From Nannocystales bacterium (GTDB lineage: Bacteria > Myxococcota_A > Polyangia > Nannocystales > Nannocystaceae): a stretch of 64,000 nucleotides of DNA. The translations under genes were made by a program, and so were the position numbers. Positions 28,545 through 38,537 of this stretch are shown here, one piece after another. Each line of letters begins with the position of its first letter. The stretch's first letter is position 1. The DNA is taken from NCBI GenBank assembly GCA_050633305.1, contig JBOEGF010000010.1, positions 224,001 to 288,000 on the forward strand, given 5' to 3'. The notes beneath the pieces were generated by a model that did not search any database, was not told where the DNA came from, and saw only the letters and a program-made list of their open reading frames with translations.

Positions 28545-30158
28545 ATGGTCGGACATGAGCAGCGGGTTCTTGGGGACCGATGGCAGCTCGACGTTCAGCT
28601 CGGCGCTGGCGCCATGGGGGCGGTCTACGGCGGGCGGGACCTGGTCCTGGGACGCGAGGTCGCGGTCAAGGTCCTCGCACCCGACCTGCTCGACGACGAG
28701 ATGATGCTGGCGAGGTTCCGGCGCGAGGCCATGTCCTCGAGCCGCCTCGTTCATCCGAACATCGTGACAACGCTGGACTTCGGAGTCAGCGCGGATGTCC
28801 CGTACATCGTCATGGAGCTCGTTCCGGGCCACGCGCTCGACCAGCTGCTCGAGCATCACCGCCGACTGGCCGTTCTACGCGCCGTTCGCCTGGCGCGCGA
28901 CGTGGCGGCCGGCTTAGACGCAGCGCACCGCGCGGGCATCGTCCACCGAGACATCAAGCCTGGAAACGTGATGGTCACCGAGACCTCCGATGGCGAGCGC
29001 GCACGGATCGTCGACTTTGGGATCGCGCAGGCTGCCAGCGCCGGACCCAAGCTGACTCAGGTCGGAATCGCTGTCGGGACGCCGGGTTACGTGGCCCCCG
29101 AGCAACTCTCGGGCATGGTCGCGGACGGCCGCGCAGACATCTTCTCGCTAGGGGTGACGCTGTACGAGTCGCTCGCTGGCGCGTTGCCGTGGGTTGAGGA
29201 CGACCCCATCGCGCTTCTCACCGCGATCCTCCAAGACGCGCCCCGTGACCTTCGCCAGCTGCGACCCGAGGTTCCCGACGCTCTGCATGGGCTGGTGATG
29301 TCCATGTTGCACGCGAGGCCGCAGCTACGGCCCGCCACCGCGGGAGAGGTCGCCTCGCAACTCGATGCGTTGTTGCGTGAGCATGTCCCTGCGCACGACG
29401 TTTCATCCTCACGGCCCCTCGATTCCGAAGTCGTGCTCCCGCTTGCGGTCGCGTCACTTCATGTCGACCCCAACCTCGCCGCGCAGCAGCTCCGGTGGTT
29501 CACGCGGGTTGTCGAAGATGAGGGGGGTCGTATCGCCCAGTCGATTGGGCGAGAGGTTCTCGCGACGTTGCCCGCCGCGGAAGCGGCCCCCCGAGTCACG
29601 AGGACGCATCCCTCTGCGGACGTTCCTCGACCGAGCTTGGCACTCCACCAGGGTTCTGCGGCGATCGACGAAACGGGTATGGCGTTAGGATCTGGTGTTC
29701 GTGCCGTCCTGCGTTTGGCGCGACTCGCCGGCCCCGAAGAGGTCCTCCTCACCGCCGAGCTTCACGATGCCATCGGGCTCGGGTGGCGCAGTCGTCTCGA
29801 CCGTCGAGGGCGCTTTCTCCTCGACACCAACGTTCGTTGCGATGTCTTTGCGCTCCGCGGGACTTCCGATGCCCCCAGTGAGGCCGCATCGCTAGAGCGT
29901 GGCGAGGAGTCCATGCATTGGCGCTGCCCGTGCGGTGGCCACGGCAAGATCCCCGCCTCCTCCAGCACTTTGTTGAGAGTGCGCTGTTCCTTGTGCTCAC
30001 GTCTTCTCGAGGTGGATACGAGCCAGGACGCAGCTCCGATGGGTGAAGCCGACCATCCTCTGACCTCCATCGTTCTCACATCGCCGGCAACCCCGGGCTC
30101 TGCCGAAGAGTCCGAGGACCACCTCCTGATCTCGGCTCTGTCCGGATTCGACGACTGA
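28545..30158 (+). CDS. Ser/Thr protein kinase with degenerate class III cyclase-like domain and C-terminal zinc ribbon
   Basis: GAGAMG, VAVK, HRDIKPGN, DFG, APE; IAQSIGREV...RLARLAGPEEVLLT; CPCG...CSLC. Confidence 0.85.
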   Translation: MVGHEQRVLGDRWQLDVQLGAGAMGAVYGGRDLVLGREVAVKVLAPDLLDDEMMLARFRREAMSSSRLVHPNIVTTLDFGVSADVPYIVMELVPGHALDQLLEHHRRLAVLRAVRLARDVAAGLDAAHRAGIVHRDIKPGNVMVTETSDGERARIVDFGIAQAASAGPKLTQVGIAVGTPGYVAPEQLSGMVADGRADIFSLGVTLYESLAGALPWVEDDPIALLTAILQDAPRDLRQLRPEVPDALHGLVMSMLHARPQLRPATAGEVASQLDALLREHVPAHDVSSSRPLDSEVVLPLAVASLHVDPNLAAQQLRWFTRVVEDEGGRIAQSIGREVLATLPAAEAAPRVTRTHPSADVPRPSLALHQGSAAIDETGMALGSGVRAVLRLARLAGPEEVLLTAELHDAIGLGWRSRLDRRGRFLLDTNVRCDVFALRGTSDAPSEAASLERGEESMHWRCPCGGHGKIPASSSTLLRVRCSLCSRLLEVDTSQDAAPMGEADHPLTSIVLTSPATPGSAEESEDHLLISALSGFDD

Positions 30159-30172
30159 AAGGAAGACCCACC

Positions 30173-30940
30173 ATGACCGCCCAAGCCCAACCCGAGACCG
30201 CCGCCGACCGAGAAGTTCAGGACAAGTACGTCGCCCGACTACGAGCCCGGCTCGCCCGCCCAAAGATCACCGTTGAGGACGCGCGCGACGGCATCCTCGA
30301 CTGTTTTGTGTCCACGTACCATACGGGCGTGAAGCAGGGGCTCAAGGGCATCATCGGTGTCGACGCGTCGCCCGACCAAGTCGCGCAGGTCACCTCCCGC
30401 ATGTTCCGCGATCGGCTCGAAAAACGAGGGTTCAGCTTCGACGCTCCCAGCGTGGACGCGCTCAACGAAGTGAAGGAGGAACTCGACTCCGAATTCCACT
30501 TCTCTGAACTCCCCGCGGAGATGAGTGCAACCCACGACCAGGTCTGCTCCTTGCTGCTCGCCAAGGCCGACGGTCTGATTGCACACCACGGCGACCAATC
30601 TGTCGTGGGCAAGGACGGCCCTGCGTCCGCGGCACCCACCATTCGCGAGATGCAGAAGCCCCCTGTCGCGCGAGCGCCGGCTCCACGTCCGGACCGTACC
30701 GGAACTCGCGCTGCCGTGACTGTGCCACCCCCTGCCGTGCCACTGCGGCCGCCCACGGTCACCGCGACCCGGCCGACCGTGGTCGAGACAAGCCCGGTGA
30801 CCGACAACTTGAGACAAGCCCTGGCGGGCTATCTTGACGAGGTCCGAAAGGCGGCACCGCACGCCGAGCCCCTCGAGCTGTTGGCCCGACTCGATCGGGC
30901 GCGCTCGCTGGCACAGTCGATCGCGGACTTCAGCCAGTAG
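30173..30940 (+). CDS. Hypothetical protein, probably co-transcribed with the kinase
   Basis: SD AAGGAAG; 14-nt gap; helical N domain, Pro-rich linker. Confidence 0.7.
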   Translation: MTAQAQPETAADREVQDKYVARLRARLARPKITVEDARDGILDCFVSTYHTGVKQGLKGIIGVDASPDQVAQVTSRMFRDRLEKRGFSFDAPSVDALNEVKEELDSEFHFSELPAEMSATHDQVCSLLLAKADGLIAHHGDQSVVGKDGPASAAPTIREMQKPPVARAPAPRPDRTGTRAAVTVPPPAVPLRPPTVTATRPTVVETSPVTDNLRQALAGYLDEVRKAAPHAEPLELLARLDRARSLAQSIADFSQ

Positions 30941-30980
30941 GGGGTCCACCGTCGGCCTCGAGGCGTCCGCTCGGACGCCG

Positions 30981-31403
30981 TCAACCTGATGTGGGTGCCG
31001 TGGCGCGACGCTTCTGCTCGATTCGCCCGGCGATCCACGCCACCACCAGGTACAGCGGTAGCTCCACAAGCATCCAAGTCGGGAGCTCCAGCTGCATCAT
31101 GTTCATGATGCCGCCGACCAGCGAGAGCACTCCAATGATCATCGCGAGGAGCATCGGCCTCGACGCGCCCAGTCGCGCAGCGGTCCACCCCCCGACGAAG
31201 GACTGGCCCAGGTGGGCCGCGAGCACGAGGATGAACGCCGTCGCAGGGAGCGGTGCGATGTACGCGTTCATCTGAACAGGGTCGTTCATGTCGATGCCTG
31301 CGGGCATGGGAAAGAGGACGTAGGCGTTGAGCATGACCAGGGCCATGTTTGTGGCCATGCCTGCGGCGAGACCGGCGAATACGGCGAGGACGTTGCGAAT
31401 CAT
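30981..31403 (-). CDS. Small four-TM membrane protein
   Basis: Four hydrophobic segments; LAAHLGQSFVGG. Confidence 0.75.
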   Translation of the reverse strand: MIRNVLAVFAGLAAGMATNMALVMLNAYVLFPMPAGIDMNDPVQMNAYIAPLPATAFILVLAAHLGQSFVGGWTAARLGASRPMLLAMIIGVLSLVGGIMNMMQLELPTWMLVELPLYLVVAWIAGRIEQKRRATAPTSG

Positions 31404-31501
31404 TGCAGTTCTCCGGGCGGCTCCCAGGCGTACCACAGCCAGCTGCGGCCTCGAACCACGGACGCCGCCACAGCTCCGGGGCGATCGCGTAGTCTGCTCG
31501 C

Positions 31502-32572
31502 ATGACTTCGGACAGCTTGCCCGTGCTCGCGCTCCTGGGGATTGGATTCGGATCGTTGGGTTGTGGGGAGGGCACTCCCCAGGACACAGACTCTCCGGGA
31601 CTCACTGCCGCCACTGGGGAGGCGTTGAGCACGACGAGCGGGGCTGGGTCGACGGGGGAAAGCGAGGCTTCCGTCACGTCGGGAACCGGAGTCTCGGGCA
31701 CGGCGGGGCCGGGCAGCGCGTCGGCCTCGCCGGACGCGGAGTCAGGCCCTCCCCCAGTGACGTTCGACTTGGGGATTCTCCCCGACATCGGGGAACTCCA
31801 GATGTCGGGCTGCCAAGGGATCGACTTCCTGTTCGTGATCGACAACTCCGGCAGCATGACCCAGCAGCAGACTCAGCTACTCGCGAGCTTCTCTGGGTTC
31901 ATCGACGCGATCCAGACCTCGCTCGAGAACGTCGATTCCTATCATGTCGGTGTCGTCACCAGCGACAACTACGGGGGCAACGCGCCGGGCTGCAACACCA
32001 TCGGCGACCTCGTGACCCAGACCGCCGGGTTTGGCTCATCCGCATCCGTATGCGGCCCGTTTGCGGGAGGTCAGCGTTTCGCGACCGATGAAGACGACCT
32101 GGAGCTGGTCTTTCCATGTATCGCCCAAGTCGGGACGACCGGAAGCCCTATCGAGCAACCGGTCACGGCGACCGTCGCCGCGCTTGACCCGGCGAACGCG
32201 GAGCCAGGTGCCTGCAACGAGGGCTTCATCCGCGAGGACGCCATCCTCGTTGTCGTGCTCGTGACGGACGACCCGCCGTTCGACTTCGACATGGACGACG
32301 CCCACCCGGATACCGACACGTCGGGATGGTTCGATGCCGTCGTCGCGGCCAAGGGCGGAGACGTCGAGTCCGTCGTCATGATCGGCTTCGTTCCGCTCGA
32401 CCCGGCCGCGACTTGCACCTTCGGGACCAGCCCGAATCTCATTGGCTTCGTCGAGGAGTTTGGCGAGCAGGGAGTGCTGGCCAGCATCTGCGAGCCTGAC
32501 TACGCGCCGATCTTCGCGTCCTCGATCGAGACGATCGAGACGACGTGCGACAACTTCATCCCACAGGGATGA
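31502..32572 (+). CDS. vWA-like lipoprotein
   Basis: Lipobox GSLGC; DFLFVIDNSGSM MIDAS-like motif; CNEGFIREDAILVVVLVTD. Confidence 0.8.
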   Translation: MTSDSLPVLALLGIGFGSLGCGEGTPQDTDSPGLTAATGEALSTTSGAGSTGESEASVTSGTGVSGTAGPGSASASPDAESGPPPVTFDLGILPDIGELQMSGCQGIDFLFVIDNSGSMTQQQTQLLASFSGFIDAIQTSLENVDSYHVGVVTSDNYGGNAPGCNTIGDLVTQTAGFGSSASVCGPFAGGQRFATDEDDLELVFPCIAQVGTTGSPIEQPVTATVAALDPANAEPGACNEGFIREDAILVVVLVTDDPPFDFDMDDAHPDTDTSGWFDAVVAAKGGDVESVVMIGFVPLDPAATCTFGTSPNLIGFVEEFGEQGVLASICEPDYAPIFASSIETIETTCDNFIPQG

Positions 32573-32599
32573 TGGGGGTCCTGGGCGAGAGGGACTCGT

Positions 32600-32914
32600 T
32601 CACCCGTCGCTGCAGAGAGTGTCGAGCTCCTCTTCTGAGCATGAGTCGCCGTCGCAGAGGTTGGCGAGGCGACACTCGTACCACCTCGACACGGCGGCCT
32701 CGCAGGCGGGGTCGTTGTCCAGTGTCCCGTCGTTGACGCAGGTTTCGACGCAGACCTCGACCGGCGTGTTGTCGTTGTGGCAGGCGTAGTACTCGGGACA
32801 GAACTCCTCGCAGACCTCGACGAGTGGCCGAGGTTCCGCATCCTGTGAACCATCCGACTTCGTCGAGTCACAGCCGAGGATTGCCATCGCGCACAGCAGC
32901 AGTCGTCGATGCAT
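32600..32914 (-). CDS. Small Cys-rich lipoprotein
   Basis: Lipobox AILGC; CxxxC repeats. Confidence 0.65.
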   Translation of the reverse strand: MHRRLLLCAMAILGCDSTKSDGSQDAEPRPLVEVCEEFCPEYYACHNDNTPVEVCVETCVNDGTLDNDPACEAAVSRWYECRLANLCDGDSCSEEELDTLCSDG

Positions 32915-32936
32915 TCGGCATGTATACCGCTACGGA

Positions 32937-33902
32937 TCACTGACGGAAGCGGACGTGGAAGTGATTCGCGTGGCCTCGCCAATGCCGGATGATGCCCTGT
33001 GCCGCCGCCGAGCCCCGTGGGTACTGGAACAGCTCGGCCAGCCGGCCTTCGGGCACGCCTTCGTGCTTGGCATGCTCGTAGAGAAGCCGCTGTAGGCCGT
33101 AGTCGACGAAAATGAAGCGGACCCGCTGTGTGCCGAGAAAGGCATCGAGCAAGGCCCACGAGCGGACGACATCGAGGCGGCCCGCTGTGGCGGTGACGAA
33201 ACGCTTTACATCGGCGACCTCTCCTCGGAGCACGTAGCCCACGTCGACGTCGCGGCCGTCCTGGTGCGAGAGGTGGGGAGGGAATGGGCCGCCGGACTTC
33301 TGGCTGATGTCGCCTATATGCACCGCGGGACCGCCGAGGCCTCGGTCGAGGTAGCGCTTGGTCGCGGTCTGGATCGCGGTGAGCGTGCGCGGGGTTCCCC
33401 ACGCGTTGTCGGGCCTCTTGACGACGTATCCCGGCCCGGGCTGAAGCTGCGTCGCTTCATCCATCGAGTTCACGCGCGCGTCGAAGTCGACGAAGTCCGG
33501 ATAGAACACCTCACGACCGGTCATGGCCACAGGCTCCTCGGGGAAGTCGAGTCGCTCCTCGGACCCCGCTCGTCGAAAGACGATCGCGTCCCGCTGAATC
33601 GTCGCGAGCTCGACCCCGGGCCGGACCGAGTCACCCACGGCGTAGGTGGTGATGCTCGACCGCTCCTCATCCTGGAGGGTCGCCCGGCTGCGGGTAGAAT
33701 CGTCGCCGACCATCGTTGCCATCAACACCAGTGGAAGGTCAGTGGGGACGATGGCCGGGACCTCGTCGGCCTGAACGGGGACGGGCACGCTCTCCGCTGA
33801 TTCTGGGGCGCCAAGGTCGAGCCGCGGCGGGGGGCTCGCGGTGACGCCGGGGGCCGGCTCGCCGCATGCGGCCAGCAGCACCGCGAGCAAGAGCGGACGC
33901 AT
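32937..33902 (-). CDS. Lipoprotein: GspC-like domain fused to a MepA-like murein endopeptidase
   Basis: Lipobox LLAAC; GDIS...HLSHQDGRDVD and HANHFHVR; middle LVLMATMVG...YAVGDSV...IQRDAIVF segment. Confidence 0.8.
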   Translation of the reverse strand: MRPLLLAVLLAACGEPAPGVTASPPPRLDLGAPESAESVPVPVQADEVPAIVPTDLPLVLMATMVGDDSTRSRATLQDEERSSITTYAVGDSVRPGVELATIQRDAIVFRRAGSEERLDFPEEPVAMTGREVFYPDFVDFDARVNSMDEATQLQPGPGYVVKRPDNAWGTPRTLTAIQTATKRYLDRGLGGPAVHIGDISQKSGGPFPPHLSHQDGRDVDVGYVLRGEVADVKRFVTATAGRLDVVRSWALLDAFLGTQRVRFIFVDYGLQRLLYEHAKHEGVPEGRLAELFQYPRGSAAAQGIIRHWRGHANHFHVRFRQ

Positions 33903-33909
33903 CACGTCA

Positions 33910-35868
33910 TCATGGTGCTCCATTCGGAGGCGAGACGCGAGGTGCCCACCGTCGGTCCAGGACACTCTCACCGTCGTCCCCACCACAGACGTGCCCGCCA
34001 GTGCGGTCGACGTACGCGAAACGCGTTCCGTCCTCGGACCAGCTCGTGCCGTGCAAGCCCTGGGCGCGTCGTACCCAGACCCGGGCGTTGCGCTCGGTGT
34101 CGATCATCGTGAGGTGAGCGTCCCTCGAGGTGAACACGCTCCGGTGTTTCTGGAGCACGACGCTACGATCTCCGGTGGAGGTCGGAGCGGTGCCGAAGAT
34201 CTCGACCGGACGCAGGTGCAGTGCGGCCATCTCGTGCCCGAGCCCGGCCATCCAATCGGTGCTCTCCCATCCGCGAGGTTTGCCACCTTCGGGCCAGCTC
34301 GTTCGCTCCGAAGAGTTCACGGCTTGAACCGATCCCAGCTTGCCCTCTTCGACGGCGAGGATCTGCAGCGGCTCGGAGGGGCGGCTCGAGGCGAGGACCA
34401 CGTGACCTCCGCGTTCTTCCGGCCGCCATCCCGCGTGTTCGATGCCCCACACGACAGGAATCGTGGCGGTGTCGAGGACAGTATCGGTTTCGATCTGGCG
34501 GACCTGAACGTGGCCGGCGTTGTCCAGGGTCACCAGATGCTCTTCGCCTGCGAACGCCAGTAGGCGTGGTGCGCCGGCCGTTGGTGCAAGGCGGCGCGTC
34601 TCGCCTGTGCCATCGACGGACTCGACGATGATCTCATCGCCAGTTCCCCAAGCCACGGTGCTTCCGGTGGGGCTCAGACCGACCGCGTAGGCGGCCAGTG
34701 GCTGTCCTTGCATGAGCGTGGGCGAACTCCCATGGACGCTCTGAACCCGGAAGGCGTCGCCCCATGCGGTCGCATGCATTCCCCCGCGGGCGGTCGTGTG
34801 CATCAGCGAGAACTCGTTGGAACCATCATAGGAGATGGTGGCCGCGGCGACCGGTACCAGCGTGGAGCGGTCGGTCCCCGAATCCCAGGGGACCGCGGCG
34901 CTCAGCGGGAGGCGTAGCGCCTGGCCGGACCCCGTCTCCGCAATGATCTCGTCCGCGAACGGATGCACACGGGGGCGGAAGCGGGTGTCGGACTCGCCGA
35001 CGAGCATGCGGCGCGTGCCGTCGTGCAGGTCGACCACCTCGATCTCAAAACGTCCTTTCTTCGGAAGCGGCTTCTGCATTGCCGTCGCGTAGCGGCCGTC
35101 GGCGCTCATACCGATGTCGTTGCGGTTGGGGCTTTGGTCGATCGCGAGGGTGTGCGGCTCGCCCTCGAGGCTGAGGGCGTCGTCGGAGATCTCGAGTCGC
35201 TGCATGCGAACCGGAGCGAATTGGACGACCGCCGCGTGTGTCTGGCCCTGGGCATCGTGCCCAATGCGCAGCTGCCACGGGATCACGCCGTGTTCGTCCA
35301 ACTCGGCCAAGATCTTGCCGTTCGTGTTCCACAGCCGCACGCGGTGGTCGACACCGAGCGCAAGGATCCGCGTTCCGCCACTGAGGACGTGAACTTCGAA
35401 CATTGGGTCGATGGGGGAGAGGTCGAAGGCCGTTGTCCAGCGTGCGCCGGTCTCGGTCACGTAGATCCTCGCGATGTGCGTGCCGCCGCTGGTGTCGATG
35501 AACGCCGCTACAAACCCTGACTCGGTGGCGGCCAGCGACATCCACGAAGGTTCCTCGACGGGCAACGTCCAGGGGAGCGCGTCCGATTCGAACGACGGCC
35601 ATAGGCGGACGCCTCCCTCGACGTCGAGCGTGAGCGCGGAGCCCCCTTCCGGGGACAGGACCACCTCGTGCATCGAGGCATCGTGTCGAGCGGCGACGAG
35701 TGCCACCGAAGGCATCGCAGTGGCCTGCGGATTCTCGGCTGCGGGCGCCGTGGGCGTGTCGGTTTGGGGGACGGACTTGGTTCCGGGGCCACTGGTGCTC
35801 GTTTCGGTCACCGTGTTGACACAACCGGACGCAAGCACGGCGAGGGAGGCGAGAAGTCGAGCGTTCAT
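33910..35868 (-). CDS. WD40-like beta-propeller lipoprotein
   Basis: Lipobox LASGC; GGVRLW, HRVRLW, LSPTG, WSEDG blades; 1-nt overlap with the upstream stop. Confidence 0.7.
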   Translation of the reverse strand: MNARLLASLAVLASGCVNTVTETSTSGPGTKSVPQTDTPTAPAAENPQATAMPSVALVAARHDASMHEVVLSPEGGSALTLDVEGGVRLWPSFESDALPWTLPVEEPSWMSLAATESGFVAAFIDTSGGTHIARIYVTETGARWTTAFDLSPIDPMFEVHVLSGGTRILALGVDHRVRLWNTNGKILAELDEHGVIPWQLRIGHDAQGQTHAAVVQFAPVRMQRLEISDDALSLEGEPHTLAIDQSPNRNDIGMSADGRYATAMQKPLPKKGRFEIEVVDLHDGTRRMLVGESDTRFRPRVHPFADEIIAETGSGQALRLPLSAAVPWDSGTDRSTLVPVAAATISYDGSNEFSLMHTTARGGMHATAWGDAFRVQSVHGSSPTLMQGQPLAAYAVGLSPTGSTVAWGTGDEIIVESVDGTGETRRLAPTAGAPRLLAFAGEEHLVTLDNAGHVQVRQIETDTVLDTATIPVVWGIEHAGWRPEERGGHVVLASSRPSEPLQILAVEEGKLGSVQAVNSSERTSWPEGGKPRGWESTDWMAGLGHEMAALHLRPVEIFGTAPTSTGDRSVVLQKHRSVFTSRDAHLTMIDTERNARVWVRRAQGLHGTSWSEDGTRFAYVDRTGGHVCGGDDGESVLDRRWAPRVSPPNGAP

Positions 35869-37841
35869 CAGAGGGTCTCCAGGTAGGCGACGAGGTCGTG
35901 GGCTTGCGGTGAGGTCAACTCGGAGAAGTCAGCCATGTCGTGGACGCTGCCCTTGTCCGTGACGAGCGCCCACAGGTCGACCGCGCTTCCATCGTGGTAG
36001 TAGGGCGCCGTGTGGGCCAGTCCTTTGAGGGATGGCGTGTCCGTCTCTTCGAGCCCCCACGCGTCGAATGGATACTGGTTGCCGTCTGCCATCGCCTCGC
36101 CCGCATGGCAGGCACTGCACTCGAGCGTGTCTTCGAACAGGCTCTTGCCGCGCTGTACGGCGGATGCACTCGCGACGGTTGGACGGGTGGCCGTGGGCAG
36201 CCATCGCACGTAGGCCGCGAGGTCATCCCGTTCGCTGCGGCTCAGTGACGAGCCTCCGAGTCTTTCGATCGTGTGCTTGAAGCTCTTGTTCAAGGTCGCG
36301 TCGAGACCACCCCACTTGTAGGGCTCCGTCCCGCCGAGCCGTCCGGCCAGCATCGGCGTTTGAAGGATGGCGCCGCCCAGTCGCCAGCTCAGCCCATCTT
36401 GTCGACCCTCGGGGTGGCAGGAAGCACAGGCCATGGTGCCGCTGTCGGAGATCTGGCTCGACTCTCCCCGTCGAAACAGCTCCGCCCCGCGCTCGACTGA
36501 CTCGCCCCTTTTTGATGCGGCCAACTCGGGGCCCACGGAGACCGCGGACTCGGTATGCCAAGGCTTGTCATCCAGCTTCAACTGATCGGGTCTCACCCGA
36601 AGCAGCTTTCGGCTGAGCTCGCAGTGCACCCACAGCGTTCCGCCGTCCACGACCATGCCGTCCGCTCCGCACGCGTTGTTGCCCGTGTCCCGGCGTCGGT
36701 GCATCCGCCATGCGCTGTAGGCCGAAGGCAGTGAGACATCCGAGATACCGACGATGTCGTCGTCGCCGTATCCCGCGACGTAGAGCCGGTCGAGACTGGC
36801 GTCGTAGGCCATCGCCCGTGGCTGGTGGACGTGCTGTAGCTTCGACACCTGGACCTTGGCCTGTCCCGCGACGCGAGGGGAGACGACGGCAAGTCGGTGG
36901 TCGATGGGCGGCACTTCCTGTGGGCCGCCGCCGTAGCTGTCCTGCATGCCCCGAGAGGGCACACGTCTCATTTGAGGGGTCGCGACTTGGTGCGGCGCGA
37001 CGACCTGGCCATGCCCGACGTACGCGACCGAGAACACGTTGCGTGCGTGTCTACGGCCCTGGTCGGTCGGGACCGAGAAACGACTACGTGCCTCGGAGAT
37101 ACTGGCTACCGGGATCTTCCCGTCGCCCCAGTCGTCGAACTCCATCTCCACCTTCACGTGGTCGCGGGGGTCGAGGGCGTGCCAGCGCACCGTCTCGCCG
37201 TTGGTATCGAGGTAGACCTCTGCGAGGGCGCCGGAACTCAGGAACCCCACCGTGGCGCGCGTTCCGTCGGTCGACACCGCGATCCCGCGCGGCTCGGCCC
37301 GGAGTTTTACGGACCAGGCCTCCTTCATCGTTTTGGTGTCGAAGGCGATCAGGGCGTGGTCCGCGACGCTGGTGACATAGACCGTCGCACCGTCGGGGGA
37401 GAGGCCCAGTCCATACGGCTCTGCGACCGTCACGCTCGTGTCCTCGAGGAGGCTGTCGTCTTGCGAGGTATCGAGGCGAACCAGTCGGTTGCCTGCTCGG
37501 TCCGCCACGAACGACAGCGCGTCTCCGTCTGTCACCAACTCGCCCAACGTCCCTGCAAACTCGAGCGCCGCCACTGCTTCGCCGTTGCGGTCGGCTCGGA
37601 TCACGGCAGCCGCGTTGCGTTCGGCGACGAGGAGTCCGTGTGTATCGAGAACCACCGTTCCCCCGCGGTGCCCCACATGGGGGGCGTCCGTCGGAAGGGT
37701 GACTGCGCCGCGACGAGCGTTCGTCGCGGCCAGCGCTTCAAGATCCCGCGAGGCAGAGTAGTCGTGGGCCTGAGCACCGCCTACGACCCCCGCCACCAAG
37801 AGCAAACCCGCCGCGCTTCCTGCCCACGTCTTGCCATGCAT
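35868..37841 (-). CDS. YncE-like beta-propeller fused to a di-haem cytochrome c peroxidase-like domain
   Basis: Signal peptide; EPYGLGLSPDG, EPRGIAVSTDG; CASCH and CSACH; TPSL...APYYHDGS. Confidence 0.85.
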   Translation of the reverse strand: MHGKTWAGSAAGLLLVAGVVGGAQAHDYSASRDLEALAATNARRGAVTLPTDAPHVGHRGGTVVLDTHGLLVAERNAAAVIRADRNGEAVAALEFAGTLGELVTDGDALSFVADRAGNRLVRLDTSQDDSLLEDTSVTVAEPYGLGLSPDGATVYVTSVADHALIAFDTKTMKEAWSVKLRAEPRGIAVSTDGTRATVGFLSSGALAEVYLDTNGETVRWHALDPRDHVKVEMEFDDWGDGKIPVASISEARSRFSVPTDQGRRHARNVFSVAYVGHGQVVAPHQVATPQMRRVPSRGMQDSYGGGPQEVPPIDHRLAVVSPRVAGQAKVQVSKLQHVHQPRAMAYDASLDRLYVAGYGDDDIVGISDVSLPSAYSAWRMHRRRDTGNNACGADGMVVDGGTLWVHCELSRKLLRVRPDQLKLDDKPWHTESAVSVGPELAASKRGESVERGAELFRRGESSQISDSGTMACASCHPEGRQDGLSWRLGGAILQTPMLAGRLGGTEPYKWGGLDATLNKSFKHTIERLGGSSLSRSERDDLAAYVRWLPTATRPTVASASAVQRGKSLFEDTLECSACHAGEAMADGNQYPFDAWGLEETDTPSLKGLAHTAPYYHDGSAVDLWALVTDKGSVHDMADFSELTSPQAHDLVAYLETL

Positions 37842-38002
37842 CTCACTGTGAATGCGTGAGCAGCGGGGACACATTCCCGCACCGCTCACGCGCGGGACGA
37901 TTTCGTCCGGGCGCGAGGGGGCGCCCGGGAATCAGCGAGCCGCGCGGACTGAGCCGCCAAGCGGATTCGACCGCGCTTGTTCTGGAGCGTCGGTGTCGAA
38001 GC

Positions 38003-38332
38003 TCAGCTTGCCGCGCCGACGACCGCCATCAGGTCATCGTCGGGTTGATCGAACTCGATGGCGAGCTTGTACGGCCACAAGCCGCCGGGGTCGTTGGCGT
38101 TGGGCTCCTGCCGAACGACGCGGCCCTGAACCAAGCGGGGGCAGCCTGCCTCGGGGTCGATGTGCAACGAGACGTGAACTTCACTGCCGAGCTCGAGCCG
38201 GCGGCGGGCTGCGAGAAGGATGCCTTTGGAGCTCACATCCTTGGCCACCGCCGTGTTGCGACGCTCTCCGTGGCGCATCCGAACTGGAAACCAGGTCTTC
38301 ACGCGTCGGGAGCGGCGGTTCTCGGCGGTCAT
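38003..38332 (-). CDS. Single-domain PilZ protein
   Basis: RRSRR then DVSSKG (RxxxR, D/NxSxxG). Confidence 0.8.
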   Translation of the reverse strand: MTAENRRSRRVKTWFPVRMRHGERRNTAVAKDVSSKGILLAARRRLELGSEVHVSLHIDPEAGCPRLVQGRVVRQEPNANDPGGLWPYKLAIEFDQPDDDLMAVVGAAS

Positions 38333-38537
38333 GCGCACAGTGTAGGACTTTGGTTCACCTCTCGCCACACCGACTTCGTGTGGGACGCTGGATGCGGCCC
38401 CGCGGCCTGTTTGGCGGTCATCGGGGAGGGTGCCCCTGGGGTGTCGAGGGTGCCCTCCTCTGGAGGCGCGGCTGACTCCGGCCTCGGCTCTCCCCGATTC
38501 CGAAGCTTCCCGCCAAGCCGGTATCCTGCGGATCGCC

